Positions 50,730 through 60,179 of a DNA stretch of 64,000 nt are shown in pieces. Both the position numbers and the translations under genes were made by a program. Each line of letters begins with the position of its first letter. Within the stretch, counting starts at the first letter, position 1. The DNA comes from a virus: IMG/VR virus record IMGVR_UViG_3300044971_004534; one strand, given 5' to 3'. The notes beneath the pieces were generated by a model. That model did not search any database, was not told the DNA's origin, and saw only the letters and a list, made by a program, of their open reading frames with translations.

Positions 50730-52214
50730 ATGATTAAGAAGAGCATATCTGAAGAATTTTTGAGAAGCCAAGATCCAAGGCTACTTTCTCCTCTTATGTC
50801 TGGAGACAGCAAGTCTTATGCTACTGTAATGATGTATAAATCTTTAGATCAAATGGACGCAAGCGCAGAGATGAAACAAGCTTTAAGTAAGATTGTAGAA
50901 GATGCAAAAGTTAAATTTCCTGATTTTTCCTTTAATCAAGTCCCTTATTATTGGCTCATCAAAGCTTCTAAAGCAAAATATGCTGCTATTAATATACGCA
51001 GCTTTGATGGTAAAACAATTCCAATATTAATAATTCGCCAACATAAAGATAAGGGAGTTGTAATTGGTTATGATTATGTCAACTTAAATAGTGGTCAATT
51101 AGTGTATGCAAGATCTGCTGAATTAATCCAGCCAGTTACCGAAGCATTGCATGGCATGAAGTCGGAAAGTTTAAGTACACTAATTAAGCTCAATAGGGCT
51201 ACTCAGTTTCTTATTAGAGACAAAGAGTCTTGGGCTAGGAATGAAAGGCTTGCTGCTTATGAAAGGGGAGATGTTTCCAATCTTATCCCAGCCATATCTA
51301 TGTTGCAAAAGTGTGAAGAGATATTGACACTACGCATAGAGAGATTGAAAAACATAGTCATTTATTATCAAAATCAAAGTAACACAATTACCTCAGAAGG
51401 ACCACCATCTGTTTTTGAAGATGTGGCTAAGCTTATTGATGAAGAAATTCAGACAAAAGGCTCAAAGTTTATTAAAACAGAACAAGACGCAATACATGCA
51501 TTAGTCATGAGATACTTAGGTAAGTCTGGTGAATTTGAACAAAAAATAAAGTCTGGATCACTTTCAAATATCTTGCCAGATCCATCTGGAAAGCAAAGAC
51601 ACAATGTTAAAGATATACTAGAAGTTGCTTTTAAAATTGTTAAAGAAATTGATGCAGAGGCTGCAAGAAAAAGAGAATCTAGAAAAACATACACTAAAGA
51701 AAGAACTGAAGCTATAGAAAAACCTCAAGAGTTACCAGATACAGAATCTCACCCAATTTTTAAACAGATTACTGCTCCAATAACTGAGGAAAGTTTTAAA
51801 GATATTCTACCTGGAAACATCAAAGGATTTCAACATGCAGGCATGTGGATAGGTGAAAAATATGCAGTAGAGATTAATGAAACAAACTTAAAATTAAATG
51901 CCATGAATAAGATGCTATCAGCTGTTCAGTCAATAATAAAAGTTTTACAGTTAAAGAGAGATACGAAAAAACTTTCAGTAAGTAATTTTAGCAAACAAGA
52001 TCTTAGTGAACTAAGAGACGCTCTCGCTGCATGCATGACTCTTGTAAATTCTTATAAGCAAAGTGTGGTAACAAAAGAAAACAAACTTAATAAGAATATA
52101 GTTCATTCCATATTTGGAGATGCTGCAATGGACTTTTTTGTAGCAAGGTATATTGCAGTAATGATCAAATATATAGAGATGGTGTTCGTTAAATCATATA
52201 AAGAGGCAACATGA
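50730..52214 (+). CDS. hypothetical protein (494 aa)
   Basis: ORF track. Confidence 0.55.
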   Translation: MIKKSISEEFLRSQDPRLLSPLMSGDSKSYATVMMYKSLDQMDASAEMKQALSKIVEDAKVKFPDFSFNQVPYYWLIKASKAKYAAINIRSFDGKTIPILIIRQHKDKGVVIGYDYVNLNSGQLVYARSAELIQPVTEALHGMKSESLSTLIKLNRATQFLIRDKESWARNERLAAYERGDVSNLIPAISMLQKCEEILTLRIERLKNIVIYYQNQSNTITSEGPPSVFEDVAKLIDEEIQTKGSKFIKTEQDAIHALVMRYLGKSGEFEQKIKSGSLSNILPDPSGKQRHNVKDILEVAFKIVKEIDAEAARKRESRKTYTKERTEAIEKPQELPDTESHPIFKQITAPITEESFKDILPGNIKGFQHAGMWIGEKYAVEINETNLKLNAMNKMLSAVQSIIKVLQLKRDTKKLSVSNFSKQDLSELRDALAACMTLVNSYKQSVVTKENKLNKNIVHSIFGDAAMDFFVARYIAVMIKYIEMVFVKSYKEAT

Positions 52215-52675
52215 ATAATTGGTATAAAATTTCGCAAGCAAAAGGAGCTCCTCCCCCGCCGCCACCACCCCCGCCACCGCCGCCCGGAGTACCTCCGCCA
52301 CCTCCTGGAGGTGCTGCTCCTGCCGGTCCTTCTGAGCAGCGCGTAGGAACAGTTTCAGGAGTAGACGCAGAAGAAGTTAATGAGATTAAAAAAGATGATA
52401 AAAAATTGCTTAAAAAATTAAATAAGCATTTTAAAAACGCTATCGATTCTGGTCACGATATTGAATTGTCTGCAATTATGGCAATTATGGCAAATGGATC
52501 TACGTTAAGTCCTGGGCAGCTAGATATAGCAGAAACATTTGACCCTGATTTCCCCGAACAAGATCCTCCCTTCATAAGGTCAATCATAGGAATTCATTTG
52601 GGGACTAAGGCGCCAGGTCAGGCTACTCCTGATGGAGCCACAGGAGCTCCACCACCGCCTCCTCCAGGTCTATAA
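52211..52675 (+). CDS. poly-proline protein with short leader (MNNWYKISQ)
   Basis: 12 consecutive Pro codons at 52250-52285, then GVPPPPPGG; C-terminal GAPPPPPPGL. Confidence 0.55.
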   Translation: MNNWYKISQAKGAPPPPPPPPPPPPGVPPPPPGGAAPAGPSEQRVGTVSGVDAEEVNEIKKDDKKLLKKLNKHFKNAIDSGHDIELSAIMAIMANGSTLSPGQLDIAETFDPDFPEQDPPFIRSIIGIHLGTKAPGQATPDGATGAPPPPPPGL

Positions 52676-52676
52676 A

Positions 52677-53309
52677 ATGGAAAAGTATCCATTTAGTTTA
52701 CCAGAACTTAAGTATGAATACAGTTTTCTCGAGCCGGAAATATCTCGAGAGACTATGAAGTTGCACCATAGTAAGCATCACAAGTCTTATGTTGAAAAAC
52801 TTAATGAATTTGTTAATGGTAACGATTTTTTAATGGAATTACCCATAGACCAATTAATAAGTAAAAAAACTTTAGATGAACTTGATGATGATTTAGCTCA
52901 AAAGATTAGAGACTTTGGTGGTGGTCACATGAACCATATCATGTACTTTAATATGTTTGAAGGCGGTCATAAAAAAGTAGGAAAAATGCTAGAATCTCTT
53001 ATTAAGAGAGACTTTGGAGATTTTAAAACTTTTGAAAAAGAGTTTAAGCAAAAATCTCAAGACCACTTTGGATCTGGATGGTGCTGGCTTATTTTAAACA
53101 AACATGGTCTTAAAATAAAGACAACAACCAATCAAGACAGTCCATTAAATACAGAAGTATGCAAAGTCATCATGGGTGTAGATCTGTGGGAGCACAGTTA
53201 CTATGTTGATTTTAGAAATAGAAAAAAGGAATATATAGACAAAATTTGGGAAAAGATAAATTGGAGAGACCTAGATAACATAATTTTGGAGGCAGAATAT
53301 GTCAAATGA
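52677..53309 (+). CDS. sodA/B-like: Fe/Mn superoxide dismutase
   Basis: PFSLPELKYEYSFLEP, HHSKHHKSYV and DLWEHSYYVDFRNRKKEYIDKIWEKINW. Confidence 0.85.
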   Translation: MEKYPFSLPELKYEYSFLEPEISRETMKLHHSKHHKSYVEKLNEFVNGNDFLMELPIDQLISKKTLDELDDDLAQKIRDFGGGHMNHIMYFNMFEGGHKKVGKMLESLIKRDFGDFKTFEKEFKQKSQDHFGSGWCWLILNKHGLKIKTTTNQDSPLNTEVCKVIMGVDLWEHSYYVDFRNRKKEYIDKIWEKINWRDLDNIILEAEYVK

Positions 53310-53592
53310 AGATGATGCACAAAACTGGTACTTAAGATCTTTGCAGAATATTGCTGACAGCATAGGTCAAGCAAGAATGACAAAATCTGCTTCTCTCAAA
53401 AAAGCTATATCTGAATCATTTGATGTTTCTATATCAACTGATCAAGCAAAAGATATGATGAAACTTATGTCTGAAAATTACAAATCAAAAGACAGAGTAA
53501 GTTACATGTCTTCTAAGCTTGTAGAAATTCTTAAGATAGAAGAATCAGATTGCAAAAAAATTGCATCGTTTTTATCTAACTTCAAGAAGTAA
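53299..53592 (+). CDS. hypothetical protein (QNWYLRSLQ near N-terminus)
   Basis: ORF track. Confidence 0.5.
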   Translation: MSNEDDAQNWYLRSLQNIADSIGQARMTKSASLKKAISESFDVSISTDQAKDMMKLMSENYKSKDRVSYMSSKLVEILKIEESDCKKIASFLSNFKK

Positions 53593-54580
53593 GTTTAGTC
53601 ACAAAAAAATAGGGAAATTGAATTAGACTTAACAACCTTAGGTCAACATTTGGCAATATTTCTTTGCCACAGTTAAAACATGGATCATCGCTATCATTAA
53701 AGGGGTGTCCAGGATACCCACCCTCTCCACCTACAGCATATAATATTGGATTGTATGTTTTAAATTCATATACAGTAGGTGTCGTAGTAATGTCTAATCT
53801 ATCAAAATTTGTAAAGTACATAGGATAATTGCTTATGTCAGTTGGCAATATATTAGCCACTGAAGAGTATCCGCTGTCTGATCCCTCAAACTCTCTAACT
53901 TTTCTGATGCTACCATCTATATTGGCGTTTATTCCCTCTTTGCAAGAAATGATAAGAATAAAAGAAAGAGACGACCATGGATGTTTCATTCCCTCAAATG
54001 TATTTTGTTGAGTAAGTATTAATCCACTATTGTAGCGTATTCTTCCGTCGCTTCCTACTTCATTTGGGTCGGGGGATAGCGAATAAACATTTTCGTCAAG
54101 ATATGTTATTGGGTTTACTTTACTTCCATCAACCAAGTAATACTTAACTCCTCCATATCTACGAAGCCAATATCCTTTAAGCTTTGAAGTACCGTCTAAA
54201 TTGTCATTAAAATACTTACTGTTAACTGCTAATTTAAGGCTAAAGCTGTCATCTACCAAATGTATTCTAGCACCACTGTAATAGTCTAAATCAATCGTAA
54301 ACTGCCAGTCTGCAATATTTATAAGATTGGGACTAGTACTATTTGGAAAACTTAAATCTCTTTTTATCAGAGATGATGAGCATCCATTGTGTATAAAGTT
54401 ATCTAAATAGCCTCTTCTAGAATTAATGCTTACTTTTGAATTAGATAGAGATATTCCAGTATCATAACCGTTTCCGTCACATATATTTCTTTCTGCTGAA
54501 GTTATACCACTGTTAGAGCCAGCTATATTCAGCACGGACTTATGTATTTCTGAAACTTTTTTGTTAGTTAAATTTGGCAT
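53582..54580 (-). CDS. putative tail-fibre / structural protein
   Basis: N-terminal module shared with 54584..55849 (…DGxGxxxxISLSNSxVSI…). Confidence 0.45.
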   Translation of the reverse strand: MPNLTNKKVSEIHKSVLNIAGSNSGITSAERNICDGNGYDTGISLSNSKVSINSRRGYLDNFIHNGCSSSLIKRDLSFPNSTSPNLINIADWQFTIDLDYYSGARIHLVDDSFSLKLAVNSKYFNDNLDGTSKLKGYWLRRYGGVKYYLVDGSKVNPITYLDENVYSLSPDPNEVGSDGRIRYNSGLILTQQNTFEGMKHPWSSLSFILIISCKEGINANIDGSIRKVREFEGSDSGYSSVANILPTDISNYPMYFTNFDRLDITTTPTVYEFKTYNPILYAVGGEGGYPGHPFNDSDDPCFNCGKEILPNVDLRLLSLIQFPYFFVTKLTS

Positions 54581-54583
54581 ATG

Positions 54584-55849
54584 TTAATAGGCAAAAACTT
54601 CTTCTATAGATGTGTTATACAAAACAATATAATTGTTTATTGAATTAAATGTAGATAGTCCTGCAGTTATGATTTTTTCATTATAAATACTTTGACTATT
54701 TGTATTGATAAATCTAACGTTTAATTTAAAGTTACTTACAGTATCGTGTACTGTGCTAATTTTACAATTAAATACATTTGTTTCTAAAGAATTAGAGGCT
54801 TCTTGATAAGGAACATTTGATATATCAATATTGATATAAAAAGTTTTTACTTCAGCTGAAGAGGATGTATATTTTATTATGATGTGATCTTTAATGTTTT
54901 CTTTAATCGTATATGTATCATTAGAGTCGTTAATTGAAAGCAAAAAAGGAGATATAGATGAAGAACCAAAAATTCCATCATTTATGAATCCTCCATTTGA
55001 GCTTATACTCACTTCACTGTTGGAAAGACTTATAAGAGAATTATTACCAGCCCCATCTTGCAATTGTTCAAGTGCGGTATCAAGTCCCGAACCATTATTG
55101 TTCAAGTATAATAAGTCTCTGTACGACCCCCCAGGAGATGCTTTAGACAAGGGAACTGCAGACTTAGAAGATTTTCCCAGCCTTACGTAGTCTCCGTACA
55201 AGTTAGTTGAGTCCTCACATAAAGATTTTAGTCTTGTAAGGTCTGGTTGTCCACCAGATTTAAAAAAGTCTTCGCTTTCTAATGAAACAAAAAACTCTCC
55301 ACCTAGTCCTATATTTTCACTAAAAAACTCTACCTTAATAACAGAAACACTTTTATTTGTTTGTTTAAAATAAGAGGTCAGGCCATTAATCACATATCCA
55401 TCTGAAGATGTAAAAACAACATTAGAGTCTACTCCTGCGTTGCTATATAGTATTTTGGTTACTGCATAAATTGGTGATGAAGAGAATTTATCAACAAAAG
55501 AAGGGGGCAACAAGTTTACGGTTAACTCGTAATCTTCAGATACATATGGATCAGAATAATATGTAATTAAAGCAACTTCAGCTGGATTGCCAATACGAAT
55601 TGTATGATAGCCAGACCATGAAGATCTAATAAGATCAAATTTATAACATGCAGAATTAAACCTGTACGATGTAAGTTCTCCTCCGTTAAAATTTATATCA
55701 ATACTGTGTTTGGAACACTTGATATTCGTATTATTGCCAAGTCCATCAGTAACAAACTCCATAGTGGCTGAAAGGCCATTATAGAGATCTCCTATTACTA
55801 GGATATCACCATATGATTCTGATGGAGTTTTACCTTTTAATCCGCTCAT
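54584..55849 (-). CDS. putative tail-fibre / structural protein with internally duplicated module
   Basis: SYGDILV...DGLGNNTNI at the N-terminus and SYRDLLY...DGAGNNSLISLSNSEVSI mid-protein. Confidence 0.45.
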   Translation of the reverse strand: MSGLKGKTPSESYGDILVIGDLYNGLSATMEFVTDGLGNNTNIKCSKHSIDINFNGGELTSYRFNSACYKFDLIRSSWSGYHTIRIGNPAEVALITYYSDPYVSEDYELTVNLLPPSFVDKFSSSPIYAVTKILYSNAGVDSNVVFTSSDGYVINGLTSYFKQTNKSVSVIKVEFFSENIGLGGEFFVSLESEDFFKSGGQPDLTRLKSLCEDSTNLYGDYVRLGKSSKSAVPLSKASPGGSYRDLLYLNNNGSGLDTALEQLQDGAGNNSLISLSNSEVSISSNGGFINDGIFGSSSISPFLLSINDSNDTYTIKENIKDHIIIKYTSSSAEVKTFYINIDISNVPYQEASNSLETNVFNCKISTVHDTVSNFKLNVRFINTNSQSIYNEKIITAGLSTFNSINNYIVLYNTSIEEVFAY

Positions 55850-56283
55850 ACATTCATTTCTGAACCAACAAACGATATGTTGCTGATGTCATTGACTCTG
55901 ATAAAATCTTCTGCCGGATTAAAAACTCCAGAAAAACCTAAATACAAGATTGTTTTCCATTCATGATTGATTAAAGAATCATCTGGACTAGAAGTAAGCA
56001 CCTGTTTTAAAAGAGCAAAGTGTTTAGGTATAGATGTGCAAGCTATTTTGGCTTTAGGCTTTATTCTAACTTTCACTGTATATTTAGACTTTGGATTTTC
56101 TTTGTATAGCTTAATAAAACCTGTTTTTTTAATTTGGTCTTCTGCTTGTTTAAAAAACTTATTTACGTTTCCAGATTCGGCATCAAAAGAGACGAAATAG
56201 ACCTTGTCCTGGTCTCTAGAAATGGTTCTACCAAGAGCATCTTTCACTATTTGCTTTGTTTGCTTATCATTTTGAGGTTCCAT
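55846..56283 (-). CDS. hypothetical protein
   Basis: ATGA-type overlap with the downstream gene. Confidence 0.5.
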   Translation of the reverse strand: MEPQNDKQTKQIVKDALGRTISRDQDKVYFVSFDAESGNVNKFFKQAEDQIKKTGFIKLYKENPKSKYTVKVRIKPKAKIACTSIPKHFALLKQVLTSSPDDSLINHEWKTILYLGFSGVFNPAEDFIRVNDISNISFVGSEMNV

Positions 56284-56328
56284 ATGGATATTTACCCAAT
56301 ACGTACTCTGTAACCTTTTGGAGGCATT

Positions 56329-57174
56329 ATGAATTCATCGACTAATAAATATGAAAGAAAAGTACTAGATCATGGTCTAGTTAGACTGGTAGATACCATG
56401 CCAAACGCAAGCGGAGACAGTCCGTTTGAGACTGCTGTTGTACAGATGGCTAGAGTAAGTTATGGAAGCGGCACAAAGTCTTTTAGAGAAGATCTTGGCC
56501 TGGTCAAGTATTTATTAGAAAACGACCATACCAGTCCTTTTGAGGGAGTAACACTTAAATTTCACATTAAGATGCCAATATTTGTTGCAAGACAGTGGAT
56601 TAGGCATCGAACTGCAAGTGTAAATGAGTATTCGGCTAGATATTCTGTTGTTGAAGATGTTTTTTACATTCCAGATCCAACCAGATTGACCACTCAAAGC
56701 TTATCCAATAAGCAAAGTTCTTCTGACACCATGATTGAAAATGCGGAGCAGGTATCTGCAAAAATTGCCGCACATTCAAAAGAATGCTATGAGCTTTACG
56801 AAAGTTTACTTTCTCAAGGACTATCAAGAGAACTTGCAAGAATGGTTATACCTGTAAACGTGTATACAGAAATGTATTGGGTAATGAATTTGCACAATTT
56901 GCTTAAGTTTTTGAGACTAAGAATGGATCATCACGCTCAGTATGAAATTCGTGTATTTGCAGACGCAATTTTTGATATTGTAAATGAAATAGCGCCCAAC
57001 ATTATGGAAGTATGGAAGTCTTCTCAACTAGAATCTGTAAGATTTACTGGGGAAGAACTAGAGGTTATTAAAAGCATAATTTCTGTTGGGTGTGAACCAG
57101 CGATTCCAGAATCATGGAGCAAAAGAAGAAAAGACGCTTTTACTGAAAAACTAAGCGTTTTTAGTCAAGAGTAG
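56329..57174 (+). CDS. thyX: flavin-dependent thymidylate synthase
   Basis: RHRTASVNEYSARY is the ThyX signature RHRxxSxxxxSxR. Confidence 0.9.
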   Translation: MNSSTNKYERKVLDHGLVRLVDTMPNASGDSPFETAVVQMARVSYGSGTKSFREDLGLVKYLLENDHTSPFEGVTLKFHIKMPIFVARQWIRHRTASVNEYSARYSVVEDVFYIPDPTRLTTQSLSNKQSSSDTMIENAEQVSAKIAAHSKECYELYESLLSQGLSRELARMVIPVNVYTEMYWVMNLHNLLKFLRLRMDHHAQYEIRVFADAIFDIVNEIAPNIMEVWKSSQLESVRFTGEELEVIKSIISVGCEPAIPESWSKRRKDAFTEKLSVFSQE

Positions 57175-57217
57175 GATTTTTCTACAACTTGGCATAATAT
57201 ACCGGGAGAGGTATACT

Positions 57218-57553
57218 ATGTTCAATATAAATTCAGATGACAAAATGGACTTGCTACAAGAATCTGAAAAGATAGTTGATCAAATTACTGCAGCATGGCT
57301 TAATCCTAAAAAATCTATATCAGGAGATGCTGCTAGAATATGGGACGCCATGCAATCTTGGAATATAGACCAAGACGGCAAACTGATGAAAAAAGAAAAC
57401 AGAGGATACTTTATATCTTTGGTTGCCATGTTTTTGAATGTTGAAAAAGAAACTATAAAAATGTGCTTGAGCACCATTTCCAAAACAAACCGTAAAGGGT
57501 CTAAGTGGGAAAAAGTTGTCTCAAAGTTTTCGAAACCATCTTCCCAAATATAG
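57218..57553 (+). CDS. hypothetical protein
   Basis: ORF track. Confidence 0.5.
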   Translation: MFNINSDDKMDLLQESEKIVDQITAAWLNPKKSISGDAARIWDAMQSWNIDQDGKLMKKENRGYFISLVAMFLNVEKETIKMCLSTISKTNRKGSKWEKVVSKFSKPSSQI

Positions 57554-57762
57554 TTCAAAAGAGGGAAGTAATCTTTTACGGTGGCCTAGATAAAAAAGGC
57601 TATAATGTAAGCCACAAGCTTTACACACTAAAGATTAATCATCAATTCGTTCTTGATGAAGAACTAATTTACCTTCAAATAGTTGACTTAAAAACAATAA
57701 AAGGTTTTGATCCTATCGTTGACTATTTGGATAACTACCGATACTTTCTGGATATATATTAG
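57505..57762 (+). CDS. hypothetical protein (weak)
   Basis: ORF track; 49-nt overlap with the previous gene and no better start. Confidence 0.3.
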   Translation: MGKSCLKVFETIFPNIVQKREVIFYGGLDKKGYNVSHKLYTLKINHQFVLDEELIYLQIVDLKTIKGFDPIVDYLDNYRYFLDIY

Positions 57763-57763
57763 T

Positions 57764-58078
57764 ATGTTAGAACAATTTATTCTCTCCACTATAGGTGGTA
57801 TTGGAATGGCTACTCTAATTGTAGAAAAGGGCGATGACTTTCCAATTAAACCTTTTAAAAACATCGCTCACACAATAGTTAAAAAGTTGCTAGGCGACTC
57901 ATGGGCAAAGGTATTTGAATGCACTGTATGCATGTCTTTTTGGACGGCATTGCTATGTGAAGCTTTTTTGTTTATGTTTTCAAAGACTTTCACATGGCCA
58001 GTAAGCGGGTTTGCTGCTGCAGGTATTTCATTTTATCTAATTGATTTTTTGAACACCATAGACAATAGAAAAGGATGA
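57764..58078 (+). CDS. DUF1360-like membrane protein (tentative)
   Basis: In-frame ATG; ...CTVCMSFWTALL... between hydrophobic segments. Confidence 0.45.
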   Translation: MLEQFILSTIGGIGMATLIVEKGDDFPIKPFKNIAHTIVKKLLGDSWAKVFECTVCMSFWTALLCEAFLFMFSKTFTWPVSGFAAAGISFYLIDFLNTIDNRKG

Positions 58079-58908
58079 ACAACATGAAGAAAATTAAGAA
58101 AGAAAAAGTAAAAAAGCACAAGATAAAGCAAGATCCCGAGCTGTGGAAAAAACTTGATGATCTAAGAAATGCTGTTAAAGATTTTCACAACAGTGAGCCA
58201 TATAAGAGAGTAAGAGCTCAGCTAGCAGAGCTCAATTACCCAATAGTTATTAAGTTAGCTGATTTACTTCATCATAAGTATCCAGAAACTGATAGAGATG
58301 ATCTTCAGGGCTTTGGAAGCATAGGTCTTCTAGATGCCATAGATAAATTTGATCCATACAAAGATATTCAATTTGAAACATTTGCAACTTATCGCATATT
58401 TGGATCTATGTACGATGAAATGAGAAAACTTGATTGGGTTCCCAGATTAACTCGCCAGCGGCATTCTAAGGTTGAAAAAATACGTGACAAATTTATTGCA
58501 GAAAATGGAAGAGTGCCAACTAATGAGGAAATGATGGACATGGTTTCAGGAAGTTCTGTAACAGAAAAACAAAAAACTATAGACGACAGTATAATCAAGA
58601 TGTCCTACTCTATTAATAAGTTGCCGTTTGAAGATGAAGAAGATGATTTTTCTAGCATGCATGTTGATAAAAAACCTTGTCAAATAAAAGAGCTAGAAAG
58701 AAAAGAATTTTTTGCTAATAAAATTGCACCAGGATTAAACGATCTTGAAACAAGATTTGTGTACTTAGTGTATTACGAAGGAAGATCTTTAAAAGAGGCT
58801 GCACAAATACTACAAATTAAAGAAAGTAGAAGTTCTTCTGTTCACGAAGCTGCTCTGAAAAAGCTAAAGGAAATTTTTAAGGAAAAAGATGAATTGATTG
58901 TGAGATAA
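58075..58908 (+). CDS. sigma-70 family sigma factor (group 3/FliA-like size)
   Basis: Region 2 DLQGFGSIGLLDAIDKFDPYKDIQFETFATYRIFGSMYDEMR; region 4 HTH SLKEAAQILQIKESRSSSVHEAALKKL. Confidence 0.8.
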   Translation: MNNMKKIKKEKVKKHKIKQDPELWKKLDDLRNAVKDFHNSEPYKRVRAQLAELNYPIVIKLADLLHHKYPETDRDDLQGFGSIGLLDAIDKFDPYKDIQFETFATYRIFGSMYDEMRKLDWVPRLTRQRHSKVEKIRDKFIAENGRVPTNEEMMDMVSGSSVTEKQKTIDDSIIKMSYSINKLPFEDEEDDFSSMHVDKKPCQIKELERKEFFANKIAPGLNDLETRFVYLVYYEGRSLKEAAQILQIKESRSSSVHEAALKKLKEIFKEKDELIVR

Positions 58909-58910
58909 GT

Positions 58911-59486
58911 ATGGATTCTAGAATTTGCCTAGTTCTTAATAAACACTGGAAGCCTGTCAGCTTTTGTTCTGCATATCATGGAATTTCCAAGATGATGAAT
59001 GAAAGAGCTCTGATGATTGCCATGCCAGATTTCAGGCTTATAGACGGAAAAGAATGGATGGATATGGCAACTGATGACAGCAATGATGGCATTCTCACAA
59101 CAAGAGGATATCTTCCTGCTCCAGAAGTGATAGTCGCTAAATTTTTTGAAAAAGTGTTTTATAGACATCCATCATGTAATAGGAAGAACTTACTAAAAAG
59201 AGATGGGCTACGCTGTCAATACACGGGAAGACTACTTGAAAGACATGATGCTACCATAGATCATTTGCTGCCACGATCTCGTGGAGGAAAAACAGAATGG
59301 AATAATTGTGTTGTGACCAGTTTTAATTTTAATAATAAAAAAGGAGCTAGAACTCCAGAAGAAATTAATCACAAGCCAATATGCAATCCTTCAAAGCCAG
59401 TATGGGGACTTATTGATTATCTTCCAGAAAACATAGTCATTCCAGAGTCTTGGAAGCACTTTATAAAATTAAGAAATCATGAATAA
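58911..59486 (+). CDS. HNH endonuclease
   Basis: C..Y.G...DHLLPRSRGGKTEWNNCVVTSFNFNNKK. Confidence 0.75.
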   Translation: MDSRICLVLNKHWKPVSFCSAYHGISKMMNERALMIAMPDFRLIDGKEWMDMATDDSNDGILTTRGYLPAPEVIVAKFFEKVFYRHPSCNRKNLLKRDGLRCQYTGRLLERHDATIDHLLPRSRGGKTEWNNCVVTSFNFNNKKGARTPEEINHKPICNPSKPVWGLIDYLPENIVIPESWKHFIKLRNHE

Positions 59487-60117
59487 TAACTTGATTTCAA
59501 GATGGAAAGATAGACTTCAAGGTCATCCATGTTTTGTTGTTGGGAATAGTCCAACACTAAATCATGTAGATATAAACTCTATTAAGAATTTTTTCTCCAT
59601 AGGAATTAATAGAGCTTTTTTTAAATTTGATCCAACTATACTTTTTTGGCAAGACAAAGAATTATGGATGTCTGAAAAAAATAAATTGCTTTCGTCAAAA
59701 AGTATTAGAGTTTGTCATCCTAAGGGTGATCCCTTAAAAAGATTTCATCATTTTGATATAAAAGGTTCAGGATTTAAAAGAGCTGAAAAACCATCTGTTT
59801 TGCATGGAAGAGGAAGTTCTGGACCTCTTGCGGTTCAATTTGCTCATGCGCTAGGGTGCGCCCCTATATTTTTACTAGGCATGGATTGTAAAACCGATGG
59901 TATAAATACAGATTTTTTTGGAGTAAATAAAACTTGGAAACCTCATACTATTTCTTTATGTCAACATGGCTTAGATTGGATACTGTCAGAATATGGAAGA
60001 GAAGAAGTAATAAATATAAGTGGCTCACCTCAAGAAGTAAGTACTATTGCCGACAAATTTAGAATACAAGCAAAAGGTTTAGAATTTTATAAAAAGCTTC
60101 TTTTAGGTCAGAATTGA
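59479..60117 (+). CDS. DUF115 / MptE-like (glycosyltransferase-associated) protein (tentative)
   Basis: CFVVGNSPTL...IGINRA...PIFLLGMDCK pattern. Confidence 0.4.
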   Translation: MNNNLISRWKDRLQGHPCFVVGNSPTLNHVDINSIKNFFSIGINRAFFKFDPTILFWQDKELWMSEKNKLLSSKSIRVCHPKGDPLKRFHHFDIKGSGFKRAEKPSVLHGRGSSGPLAVQFAHALGCAPIFLLGMDCKTDGINTDFFGVNKTWKPHTISLCQHGLDWILSEYGREEVINISGSPQEVSTIADKFRIQAKGLEFYKKLLLGQN

Positions 60118-60179
60118 CGTAGTAGGAAGTATCAAGTGTTCGTTGTAATTGTTAGAACAAATATCACAAGGAGAAGTAT

